A DNA stretch of 64,000 nucleotides from an uncultured virus (IMG/VR IMGVR_UViG_3300011991_000001) (lineage: Duplodnaviria > Heunggongvirae > Uroviricota > Caudoviricetes): IMG/VR virus record IMGVR_UViG_3300011991_000001. One strand, given 5' to 3'. Made by a program: the position numbers and the translations under genes. The notes under the pieces were generated by a model that worked only from the letters and a program-made list of their open reading frames with translations, searched no databases and was not told the origin of the DNA. Shown in pieces: positions 19,963 through 29,095 of this stretch (within the stretch, counting starts at the first letter, position 1; the number at the start of each line of letters is the position of its first letter).

Positions 19963-20265
19963 GTGAATATAATGGGAAGTAGAGTAGGAAGTTCATTCTT
20001 TGGTAGTCCAGACCCACAAGTTTCTACGAGCGATATAGAGATTATACAACCTAATAAACCAATAGCATATCCTGCTCCTAAATTAAAAGCATACCGTTTT
20101 AACTTTATGAATAACCAAACATGCCACATTAAGCTAAACGGTTCAGATAATCAAATATATTTGTCAGCAAATCAAGGTTTTGAAACTGATATGTATGATG
20201 CAGAGTTGTGGTCTTTCATTATTATTGAAGCAGGAATTTCTTACTATTATGTAGGAGGATATTAA
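19963..20265 (+). CDS. hypothetical virion-associated protein
   Basis: 100 aa ORF in tail operon. Confidence 0.55.
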   Translation: MNIMGSRVGSSFFGSPDPQVSTSDIEIIQPNKPIAYPAPKLKAYRFNFMNNQTCHIKLNGSDNQIYLSANQGFETDMYDAELWSFIIIEAGISYYYVGGY

Positions 20266-20267
20266 AT

Positions 20268-20534
20268 ATGGGGTTTTTCCATGAATCACTACCAAATAAA
20301 ATAAAAATAATTACATATACTGCAATTTCAAATGGGATATCAAACGTGGTTTATAATTTAAATTATAATCCTGTTACAGATGATTTGAATGTAACAGATT
20401 TAACTTATGGTCAACAATTATCAGTGGGGGATAGCTACACAGAAAATGCTAATTTAATCTCCATTGATTTAATTGGATGGACTTTAAATATCGGTGAGAA
20501 GATTAGTTTCCGTCTTACGAAAAATGTTAAATAA
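20268..20534 (+). CDS. small tail protein paralogous to the C-terminus of 14281..14925
   Basis: Shared YT.N.....I.L.GWTL..GE....R..K pattern. Confidence 0.6.
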   Translation: MGFFHESLPNKIKIITYTAISNGISNVVYNLNYNPVTDDLNVTDLTYGQQLSVGDSYTENANLISIDLIGWTLNIGEKISFRLTKNVK

Positions 20535-20560
20535 TTTTATAATATAAGGAGGTTTTAATT

Positions 20561-22021
20561 ATGAGTATACCACAAATAAGACAGAATAAAATTGATATAG
20601 CCACAAAAGCCAACCAAATTGATTTAACAGCAGAAACCAACGCCCGTCTGTCGGATAAGGCAGATAATGCGTCACAATCAGAAAAGGCGGGATTGAGTGG
20701 ATGGCTTAGAGATTTACAATTTAATCGCAATAAAAAGATATGTTGCGTTGGAGATAGCACTACTGATAATACAACTGCTGCAATGTACCTCTGGAATACT
20801 ATCATCAATAGCTTTACAGGTAGTGGTGATAGTTTAGAAGGTGTAGCATTAGTAAATCATGGTCATAATGGCAATAGTCTTGCCAATTACCTAGCAAGTG
20901 GAACAGCAGAAGTCATTAACGAGCAAGCTGACATGTATATATTTAGTTATGGCATTAATGACGTAAGACTTGGAACAAGTACACAACAACAATTAATAGA
21001 TATGCTTGACACAGCAATTCAGCAGTTATTAAAACAGACTAAAGGTTACATCTTGTTAAGAATGCCTAATAGTTTTCTGACTGATGACGTTGGAGCATTT
21101 GGATTTGTTAGTCCTTTAGCATCTGCTCAAGCATATACAGATATTTTGTATAATGCTTACATGTATTTTAAAAATAAATACCCAAGAGTAGATGTGTTAG
21201 ATACTCAAACACTCTTGTTTGGGAGAGTATGCACTACCCTTGCTCTGAATCCATTAATGGATAATCAAATACATCCTAGTGCAACAATAGGCTACCCAAG
21301 ACTCGGAAGATTAATCGCCAATGAAATCGGTGTACGAATACCAACAAGAGATGATTTAATAACAGATGCACAGAGTAAAAACTTGACAAAACCTTATTTA
21401 GTTTATCCGAGAGCGTTAGAGAGTGGTTCATATGATGAAATTGCTAATGGCTATCTAATCGGCATAGGCACTAATTACCTTGATTTAGCTTGGGATGGAA
21501 CAAGGGCAGATGAAATAATTGGTGGGGATATTTTAAGAATTGGTGATGGGATAGCGTATGAACTATCTCAATATGTTTCAAGTAATGCAATTGCATTAAA
21601 TACTAGACTCGGTAATATGACTTTTACAGGGTATGCTAGTGTAGTAAAAGGTATGGTGAGGATTTACCGTAAAAAAGTTAAACCAAATCTTGCCTTTATC
21701 GGTCAAGGTACTAATATTAACGGTCAAACTATTGGTATGCTAGTAGCACCATATCGTAAAAAAATAAGCACTCTTGCTGTCAATGCCGCCGTAGGGAATT
21801 ACCCATATGCTTTTACCTTACGGTTATTTAAGGATACAACCCAAACCCTAGAGATCGCTACTATAAACTTTAGTGCAAATAATGGTGTAGGTACAGTTGT
21901 TTGGAATACCACTAATTTTCCATTATCGAATGTTGTTCTTAACCAACAGGATATATTGTCTTTAGTTTGCATTGCAACAACAAGCACATTGACACATATC
22001 TTTACAGTATCGTTGTCGTAA
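20561..22021 (+). CDS. SGNH/GDSL hydrolase domain tail protein
   Basis: GDST, G, GINDV, DNQIHP blocks. Confidence 0.85.
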   Translation: MSIPQIRQNKIDIATKANQIDLTAETNARLSDKADNASQSEKAGLSGWLRDLQFNRNKKICCVGDSTTDNTTAAMYLWNTIINSFTGSGDSLEGVALVNHGHNGNSLANYLASGTAEVINEQADMYIFSYGINDVRLGTSTQQQLIDMLDTAIQQLLKQTKGYILLRMPNSFLTDDVGAFGFVSPLASAQAYTDILYNAYMYFKNKYPRVDVLDTQTLLFGRVCTTLALNPLMDNQIHPSATIGYPRLGRLIANEIGVRIPTRDDLITDAQSKNLTKPYLVYPRALESGSYDEIANGYLIGIGTNYLDLAWDGTRADEIIGGDILRIGDGIAYELSQYVSSNAIALNTRLGNMTFTGYASVVKGMVRIYRKKVKPNLAFIGQGTNINGQTIGMLVAPYRKKISTLAVNAAVGNYPYAFTLRLFKDTTQTLEIATINFSANNGVGTVVWNTTNFPLSNVVLNQQDILSLVCIATTSTLTHIFTVSLS

Positions 22022-22069
22022 CTTCGGTAAAGACGCAAGTAGTTAATTATTTTTAAAGGAGGAATTATA

Positions 22070-24142
22070 TTGTTAGCTAGTGATGTTTCTATTCAAGATA
22101 TTAAAAATATAATTGTAGCTACTAACGTAGAGGACGCTTTACAAGAGATTGATACGCAGTTGGCTGAAAGTGCGACAAAAACCGAACTTGCCTTGAAGCA
22201 AGACAAGACTTATAAATTGATTCAATCTGATCTATCCGAAACGCTACAAGCACAAATGATAACTAATTCATTGGCTTTAAATACTGTACCTGCGGATGGA
22301 AGCGTAACTATTCAAAAGGTAAGTGGGGTAGTCTCAGTTCCAAATAAAAACCTTTTTGATAAAGTTGGCATGGTTCAAGCGACAAGCATTGATAGCAATG
22401 GCGTAATAGGTACTAATGCAGGTTGGATAGGGGCAAAGATACCTGTAAGTCCTAGCGAGGTTTATTCTTTTCGTCACTTGGATGATGCTTATCTGACTAC
22501 ACTAGTGGGTAAACTTGCTTACTTAGATAGTAATTCTGCTATATTATCGACTATAGACATGAGCACGTTAGCAAGTGCTACAGTTGGGACAGGAAAGCAA
22601 CTAACAACACCAAGTAATACGGCTTATATTTTTATGAACTCTAAGGTTTTAACACATGATTATGTGGATACCTTACAGCTAGAATTGGGAAGTAGTGTTA
22701 CTGCCTATGAAGCATATAATCTAGCTTTAACTAAAATAGTGGGGGCTTATATAGCTGACGGAACAGCAAGGGCAAGTGTAGCTAGTTTAACAGTGGCTCA
22801 GCAAACAATTAGCACAGACCTATATACAGCGTTGAATGATAATAAAAACTATGCTCTAAATACAATTGATACCCTTGACTGGTACCAAACAGCGTCACCG
22901 CTATTTGCCGAAGTATGTACTAATGCTTATTTGTTAGGATTAGGTATAGCAAAATGGATTCATTTCGACGTAGGAGAAGCTTTAAGTACTGATAGAAGAG
23001 ATGTCTTTTACAAACAGAAATATTCTACAGTAATTAAAGGGAAATACTTTCAGACTGTTTTCTATATAAATACGGTGGCAGGTGTTCTACCTAGTGAATT
23101 TGTTTTAAATACAGTATTTGCTTCCGTTAATGGTAGTGATTTCACATCTATTACACCAACAGAGACAACGGTTACCCCTGTAGATGGTCAAACAAAGCTA
23201 TGGAAAGTTAGAAAATCAGGACTTATTCCAACAACCGCAGAGTTCACACAAATCTGGATAGGATCAAGCTTAAACACGGTTACAGGATCAACGCCAGATT
23301 TAAACGTTGCAGGGTTCTATGCAAAGGTAGATACAGTTAATATGCTAGGAATTGACGCATTTCCAACACTTGTTCCACAGATGCCACGGGTGATACAAAA
23401 TACGGGTGATATTGTCAGTTTATCAGCACGATTAACAGCCATCGAGAAAACATATATTCCTAAAAATATAGTATTTATGGGTGATTCCATAACCGCAGAT
23501 CCTACATGGTGGACAGTAAATCTATTGGCACGAATGTCCTTTGCTAATTTCTTGAACGTAGCAAGAAGCGGAGCAACTTGGTCACACCTTGCCGGAACAG
23601 TCTATGATATTACTTCAACCGGAGGAAGCACAACAAGTGATAACGTGATCTGGAATCAGGTAAATAAATTAATTGATAAAGTAACAAACCTATTAACCCC
23701 TATTCCTCATGTTGTGATTATTCTAGCAGGGACTAATGACTTTAGCAGACCTATAGGAGTAGCGACAACAGCCTTTGCAGGAGCTTCACCAATTACCGGT
23801 CTTGCGCCTGGCTCGTTCTTAGATGTGGCAACAGCCATAAGATATTCCTGTGAATTATTATTGAATACCTATCCAGATGTACAAATTATTCTAACTACCC
23901 CAATACAAAGAGGTCTAGATGATAACTCAGTAATCTTTAGCCTAGGACAAGTGATAAAAGATTGTGGCGGTAATCTATCAACACAAGTTATTGACCAAGG
24001 TAAAGAATGTGGAATCTATGGCAAATATGATGTAGGCGCAACAGTTAAATATCTAACAGATGACTTGCACCCTAACGCGGCAGGAAGAGAAAAGATTGGC
24101 GCTTACATGGCTAGTAAGTTAAAGAATGTTATAACGCAGTAG
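22070..24142 (+). CDS. tail fiber/spike with C-terminal SGNH hydrolase
   Basis: ATNVEDALQEI fiber repeat, KNLFDK motif, GDSIT, GTND, DDLHPN blocks. Confidence 0.85.
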   Translation: MLASDVSIQDIKNIIVATNVEDALQEIDTQLAESATKTELALKQDKTYKLIQSDLSETLQAQMITNSLALNTVPADGSVTIQKVSGVVSVPNKNLFDKVGMVQATSIDSNGVIGTNAGWIGAKIPVSPSEVYSFRHLDDAYLTTLVGKLAYLDSNSAILSTIDMSTLASATVGTGKQLTTPSNTAYIFMNSKVLTHDYVDTLQLELGSSVTAYEAYNLALTKIVGAYIADGTARASVASLTVAQQTISTDLYTALNDNKNYALNTIDTLDWYQTASPLFAEVCTNAYLLGLGIAKWIHFDVGEALSTDRRDVFYKQKYSTVIKGKYFQTVFYINTVAGVLPSEFVLNTVFASVNGSDFTSITPTETTVTPVDGQTKLWKVRKSGLIPTTAEFTQIWIGSSLNTVTGSTPDLNVAGFYAKVDTVNMLGIDAFPTLVPQMPRVIQNTGDIVSLSARLTAIEKTYIPKNIVFMGDSITADPTWWTVNLLARMSFANFLNVARSGATWSHLAGTVYDITSTGGSTTSDNVIWNQVNKLIDKVTNLLTPIPHVVIILAGTNDFSRPIGVATTAFAGASPITGLAPGSFLDVATAIRYSCELLLNTYPDVQIILTTPIQRGLDDNSVIFSLGQVIKDCGGNLSTQVIDQGKECGIYGKYDVGATVKYLTDDLHPNAAGREKIGAYMASKLKNVITQ

Positions 24143-24345
24143 ACACATGATGCGACATAGATTTATATTTCACAATTTAGGATTGTATACTAATCTACAG
24201 TCCTAAAGTAAATTCTAATTCTCAATTAGACGGAAATAAAATAACTCTTTTATGGGATTTATAGTCTAGGAATATCGAGCATATGGAAGCATGCCGGAGT
24301 AAATGGAAGTTACAATATCTTACAATTTCATATATTGCTGTTTTA

Positions 24346-24373
24346 TAGAGGTAGTGTAGTGCTATCTCTTTTT
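24346..24373 (+). terminator. putative intrinsic terminator
   Basis: GAGGTAG...CTATCTC stem followed by T run. Confidence 0.45.
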
Positions 24374-24417
24374 GTGTTGTTTTAATAACAACAAATAAAT
24401 TAATGGAGGAAAAAGGA

Positions 24418-25392
24418 ATGTTACAAATACAAAAGCTACTAATTAATTATAATTCATCTGCAAGAAGTGAAAGTGCTAAATATATTATCGTTCATGATGT
24501 GGGTGGAATTTCAACTGCAAAAAATAACAGAGATTATTTTGCAGGCGGTAATAGAAATGCAAGCGCAGACTTCTTTGTGGATTCAAACAATATAATTCAA
24601 GCAATAGATTATCATACAAGATATTCGTGGGCAGTGGGCGATGGTAGAGGAGAACGTGGAAAGACAAACGGAAACACCGTGAATATAGAAATGTGTTTAG
24701 AGAATGATCATATGCCATCTGATCAGACTGTACAAAATACATTAGATTTAGTTAAGTATTTGATGATTGAATTAGGAATATCTATAGATTATTGCCAGAG
24801 ACATTTCGACTGCTCAGGCAAAAATTGCCCTGGATCATTTTCGTCAAATAATTGGGAAAAATGGTATGAATTTAAAGCTAGACTAGCAGGAAGTCCTATT
24901 ACTATTGTCGCAGGGAAAACTCCTAATGTTGCTCCTGTTGTATCTAGGTCTGATGAAACTCCTACCCAAGCACCATTGAATTTTTCATATCCTAATAATG
25001 CAAAAGTTGTTGGCACTGATCTCTACATAAGGGATGCAAATGGAATTAAGCAAGCAGGACATTATGTTTCAAATAACGACGTAGTGACAGTGCTTGACGT
25101 TGGGTATACCTCTGGTCTAGTGAAGCTTGAGTACCCTACGTCTAAAGGTGTAGCGTCAGGATTCGTGCGAAATACAAATATAGTTTATCTGTCACAAGGC
25201 ACTTGGCATAATGGTTCAACTGGTGAGAATATTTATCAAGAAGCAAATAAGAATTTAAAAATTGGCTCACTTTCTCCACGTGAATCTGCTACCCCTTTAT
25301 ATAAGAAAAATGGATTTGTTCATTTAGTTTACAACACGGATAAAGGATTAAATTCTAAAAGTGGATACTCAGCATATATGGGTGGTCTTTAA
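24418..25392 (+). CDS. endolysin, N-acetylmuramoyl-L-alanine amidase (Amidase_2) with SH3-like binding domains
   Basis: YIIVHD, SADFFVD, NIEMC, RHFD..GKNCP motifs; GGAGG SD before ATG24418. Confidence 0.92.
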   Translation: MLQIQKLLINYNSSARSESAKYIIVHDVGGISTAKNNRDYFAGGNRNASADFFVDSNNIIQAIDYHTRYSWAVGDGRGERGKTNGNTVNIEMCLENDHMPSDQTVQNTLDLVKYLMIELGISIDYCQRHFDCSGKNCPGSFSSNNWEKWYEFKARLAGSPITIVAGKTPNVAPVVSRSDETPTQAPLNFSYPNNAKVVGTDLYIRDANGIKQAGHYVSNNDVVTVLDVGYTSGLVKLEYPTSKGVASGFVRNTNIVYLSQGTWHNGSTGENIYQEANKNLKIGSLSPRESATPLYKKNGFVHLVYNTDKGLNSKSGYSAYMGGL

Positions 25393-25397
25393 TTCAA

Positions 25398-25474
25398 TAA
25401 AAACAAGAGTAGAAAGAATTTGCCCTCTTTCTACTCTTGAATGTTCAAGCACTATAAATTGGATATAGTGCTTG
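25398..25474 (-). ncRNA. putative small RNA convergent with endolysin
   Basis: Minus-strand TTTACT-N17-TAGTAT promoter (25507-25479), two hairpins, terminal T run. Confidence 0.45.
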
Positions 25475-25565
25475 TCTAATACTATCATAAAAATAGAGGA
25501 AAGTAAAGTGGAAAACCTCTAAATTGCAGAAATAATTATACCACTTATATTAGGGGGATATTTTC

Positions 25566-25640
25566 ATGGGCAAAAATAAATTAAAAATGGTTATAAATAA
25601 AGGTGGCGTTTTGATTGAGAAATATATACCAGACTGGTAG
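25566..25640 (+). CDS. putative 24 aa small protein
   Basis: GGGGGA SD then MGKNKLKMVINKGGVLIEKYIPDW. Confidence 0.3.
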   Translation: MGKNKLKMVINKGGVLIEKYIPDW

Positions 25641-25915
25641 CTATAATTATGTAAACATCAATTACTTTAATACATTAATAATTCAATGCTATCCTCTCTG
25701 CTTAACTCTCTCACATTAAAATTAAATCAGATAACCATTTTTGGCATTGAGAAATCAGTGTCTTAAAATACACCTAAATAAGAAAAGGGGGTATTTGTAT
25801 GTTTTGGTTCTATTGGTTTTATTCAATGGTAATACTTTAATTATCAAAAGAGGCTATGAGGGTGAGAACTCATAGCCTCTAAATAATAAATTAAATAATA
25901 GGAGGGCAGAGAATT

Positions 25916-26308
25916 ATGGCAGAGGATTGTAAGTGTATAATGAAGTCAGATATAGATCGTCTAAAATCAGATGTTTTGGACATTAAGGAAACTGCAAAGG
26001 AACATGCTAAAGAACAGAATAAAGATATGTTAAGCATGAGGGATTCTCATACTGAGACAAGAATATATATTAGACAGATTCAAGATAGTCAAACCTTAAT
26101 GGCAAAAGAAACCAAGGAGAGTCAGTTGGCTTTAGCGAAGGAAACAAAGGAAAATCAAATTGCTGTAATGCAAGCTATAACTGAGATAAAAGAAGAACCT
26201 GCTAAGAATGCCAAATTATATAAGGTAGCAGGAATAACGTTTTTGATAACATATATTCTCGGCTCAGTATTGGGTCTTGTTAAGATGTTTGCCCCAAATT
26301 TAATGTAG
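25916..26308 (+). CDS. holin-associated coiled-coil membrane protein (XhlA-like)
   Basis: Coiled coil plus C-terminal TM helix, in lysis region. Confidence 0.65.
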   Translation: MAEDCKCIMKSDIDRLKSDVLDIKETAKEHAKEQNKDMLSMRDSHTETRIYIRQIQDSQTLMAKETKESQLALAKETKENQIAVMQAITEIKEEPAKNAKLYKVAGITFLITYILGSVLGLVKMFAPNLM

Positions 26309-26363
26309 TAATAAATCTCAATGAGATTAGGATAAATTATAAATAAATAGGAGATGGATTAAA

Positions 26364-27035
26364 ATGGATTTTCAAACAATGATCTATAATATTTTATTAA
26401 CTGTAGTCACAACAGCTACCCCAATTTTGGTAGGATATGTGGTACTTTTTATTCGTAATCATGCTAATGCAAAACAATTGCATACAGCAAAAGTTATTTC
26501 ATTAAATGCTGTAACATTTGCTAATCAAGTTAGTTCGGAATTAGACCTAAATAATGAAGCAAAATTTAATTCTGCCCTTGCGTCTGCCAAGGAATTAGCA
26601 TCGAAATATGGTATCAAACTTTCTAACGATCAATGGAAAAATTTAATTGAGCCTAGCGTAAATGAAATTAAAAAAGGATTAATAACGCTCACAGAAGCCC
26701 CTGTAATCGTTCAGAATATAGCACCCTTAACAAGTTTACCCTTAGAAGAATCTGACTCAACCGAAGGTCAAATTCAAGAAGATGCTACTATTCCTGAATT
26801 ATTAGTAAACCCTGAAACCGTTGCTGTACCTAGTGTTGAGGCTACTCCTGAAATTGTTCCAATTGTTGCTCTAACGGAAGAAATTTTACCTGTAGTCCCA
26901 GTTTTAAATATCGTTGCAATTCAGCAAGCAGTTTCAACACAAATGCAAGAATTAGCTACTAAAATTGCCACTGAGTCTGTACAGAAAATCATGGATGATG
27001 CGGTTGCCTTAGCAATTTCTAATCAAGTTAAATAA
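26364..27035 (+). CDS. phage holin (LL-H-like) with long acidic tail
   Basis: N-terminal TM, AV.FA.Q...K...A....L...GI.L......LIE..V pattern. Confidence 0.75.
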   Translation: MDFQTMIYNILLTVVTTATPILVGYVVLFIRNHANAKQLHTAKVISLNAVTFANQVSSELDLNNEAKFNSALASAKELASKYGIKLSNDQWKNLIEPSVNEIKKGLITLTEAPVIVQNIAPLTSLPLEESDSTEGQIQEDATIPELLVNPETVAVPSVEATPEIVPIVALTEEILPVVPVLNIVAIQQAVSTQMQELATKIATESVQKIMDDAVALAISNQVK

Positions 27036-27054
27036 ATACAAAGGAGAAATAATT

Positions 27055-27138
27055 ATGTTTACTAATATTTGTATAAATTTATATTTTTGGATGATTAATT
27101 TGCTTGGATTAGATGTTACTAGATTAATAATTAAATAG
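27055..27138 (+). CDS. 27 aa hydrophobic peptide
   Basis: AAGGAG SD; MFTNICINLYFWMINLLGLDVTRLIIK. Confidence 0.45.
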   Translation: MFTNICINLYFWMINLLGLDVTRLIIK

Positions 27139-27160
27139 CTTAAAACAATATTTCAAACTT

Positions 27161-27192
27161 AAAGGAGTATCTTAATTGATACTCCTTTTTTA
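27161..27192. terminator. bidirectional intrinsic terminator
   Basis: AAAGGAGTATC-TTAATT-GATACTCCTTTTT between convergent genes. Confidence 0.85.
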
Positions 27193-27198
27193 TCCGTT

Positions 27199-28461
27199 TT
27201 ATTTTGTTATAAAGTCAATTAAGATTTGTGAGAAATATTTTTGCGTACTGCTAGTATTTATCACTCTCCCACCTTCACGTAAAATTTGTTTGAAATGATC
27301 TTTATCTCTTAAAAGGAAATCACTATCTTTAAGTTTAGATAGTTTTTTCTTCCAGTTTGTATCCCCTCTTAATTCAGAACTTAAAGCAACCCAAGCTCCA
27401 AACGCCATCGGTTCTATTGTAAAATACTGTTTCTTTAATTCATTACGTTTTTCTAAATCTGGATTAGCTAGGAATTCTGGAAAGATATTTACTAATTCGT
27501 CGATGAATTCAACAAGATAATTTGAAATATCTTCTTGTTCACGTTTGGTTTGAGGGGCATAAAATTTTTTGATCGCATTTGTTAATACTCCAAAAGTTAC
27601 AACATTAGGAGATGAATGTCGTATACTTGTACTAACAGTTTCTATCTTTCCTTTTAAATCTGATTCCTTCATAATTTTTCTTACAATTTGATTTGAACTA
27701 TTCTCGACATCCAAAAAGCTAATTCTGGTTTTGTTAACTTTTAATGCAAAATTATTATATTCTGCAAAAAGTTGTTTAGCATCATTATCTGAAATATTTT
27801 CTACACAACAAGCCAATTGATATTGCCTAGGGTCTTCATATTGATCAGGATTACGCTCCCATAGTTTCTTCCATTTGAGAGCTGATCTTGCCCTGTGACT
27901 ACCATCCAGAATTTGTAAGTTTTCACTACCTGATATTTTACCTTCATTTTCGCTATACTCAAGATTAGTTTCATTATCTAAAGAATAATTGAACACGATT
28001 GTATTTCCGTGGATACGGTTTTCAAGGAATGCATGAAGTATTTCATTTACGTGCTTTGTTGAAAAACTATCTTGCTCTTTCCCTGAAGGTAAAATTTTTG
28101 TCCCTCTTTGGATCGAAGGAATATATTTAGCCACTCCTGATTGAAAAATGGAAGCCAAATCATAGGCTGAAATTGTTGTATTATATTTTCTAATCTCTCC
28201 TTGTCTGTAAATTGGAATTACAGGAGAGAACTCCCACTCAAATTCTTTATTTTTAATATGGTTTTTAATTTCTTTATTATTTAACCTTATTTCTTTTTTG
28301 AGTATTTTAGCATCTTTTTGGGTTTGTACTTCTTCATCTTCTGCAATTAAACTTTCACTTTTTGATGTCTCCCAGATTTCATCACTCTTATTTTCTCGTT
28401 GAATCATATCTGAGTCTTCATCTCCCCAATTTGGCTCTCTAATATTTTTTACGTCACCCAT
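27199..28461 (-). CDS. DndB/DGQHR-like (ParB/Srx fold) protein
   Basis: IQRG, LQILDGSHR, A..LF...N motifs. Confidence 0.75.
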   Translation of the reverse strand: MGDVKNIREPNWGDEDSDMIQRENKSDEIWETSKSESLIAEDEEVQTQKDAKILKKEIRLNNKEIKNHIKNKEFEWEFSPVIPIYRQGEIRKYNTTISAYDLASIFQSGVAKYIPSIQRGTKILPSGKEQDSFSTKHVNEILHAFLENRIHGNTIVFNYSLDNETNLEYSENEGKISGSENLQILDGSHRARSALKWKKLWERNPDQYEDPRQYQLACCVENISDNDAKQLFAEYNNFALKVNKTRISFLDVENSSNQIVRKIMKESDLKGKIETVSTSIRHSSPNVVTFGVLTNAIKKFYAPQTKREQEDISNYLVEFIDELVNIFPEFLANPDLEKRNELKKQYFTIEPMAFGAWVALSSELRGDTNWKKKLSKLKDSDFLLRDKDHFKQILREGGRVINTSSTQKYFSQILIDFITK

Positions 28462-28550
28462 ATTAAAATCCTCCTTATTTCGTTTAAAACGTTCTTTTCA
28501 TTACATTACCATAATTCTATACAATAGACAAATGATTTATACATAAAAAA

Positions 28551-29084
28551 TCAAGAAACAATGAATAAAATGGTTAATATCGCAAAGATTCCGAACCCAT
28601 AAGCAAACACCTTTTTAAATTTATATATTATTACAAGCATCAAGATCAGTAGTACAGGTATTACAAAAGGGCTTCCCTGATTACTTGATTGTATTCCATT
28701 TAATACATAAGGGGTAGGATCAACTAAAGTTCCAGAACTATTATAGATAGATAAATGCAAATGTGGGCCAGTGGAGTGACCTGCACCTTGCATCCCAGGC
28801 AGACCACCAGATTTGGCAATAATTTGACCTTGATGAATCTGATCACCGACTTTAGCATCAAACTCAGCTAAGTGTCCATATACAATTACTTTGCCATCAG
28901 GAGTCTTATAGCGTATGTTGTTGCCTAGCATATCATTAGTTGATACTCCAGTTATAACTCCATCTGAAATCGCTTCTAGAGGTGTATAGAGGGGCAATGC
29001 ATAATCTGTTCCTGAATGAGGTTGTGGGTGGAATGAATCTATTTCATGAAAAGTTGTGGTGGTGGGGTAATCCTTGATTGCCAT
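28551..29084 (-). CDS. M23 family metallopeptidase with C-terminal TM segments
   Basis: HSGTD, YGHL, STGPHLH motifs; two hydrophobic helices. Confidence 0.9.
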   Translation of the reverse strand: MAIKDYPTTTTFHEIDSFHPQPHSGTDYALPLYTPLEAISDGVITGVSTNDMLGNNIRYKTPDGKVIVYGHLAEFDAKVGDQIHQGQIIAKSGGLPGMQGAGHSTGPHLHLSIYNSSGTLVDPTPYVLNGIQSSNQGSPFVIPVLLILMLVIIYKFKKVFAYGFGIFAILTILFIVS

Positions 29085-29095
29085 ATCATTTCCTC

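Noticed and set aside
12925..24142. Diversity-generating retroelement acting on tail fibers
   Set aside because: No reverse transcriptase and no TR/VR pair seen in this window.
25566..25640. Arbitrium-type AimP peptide
   Set aside because: No hydrophobic signal sequence and no adjacent TPR receptor gene.
27199..28461. DNA phosphorothioation system
   Set aside because: Only a DndB-like fold is present; no DndA/C/D/E or Ssp genes in the window.
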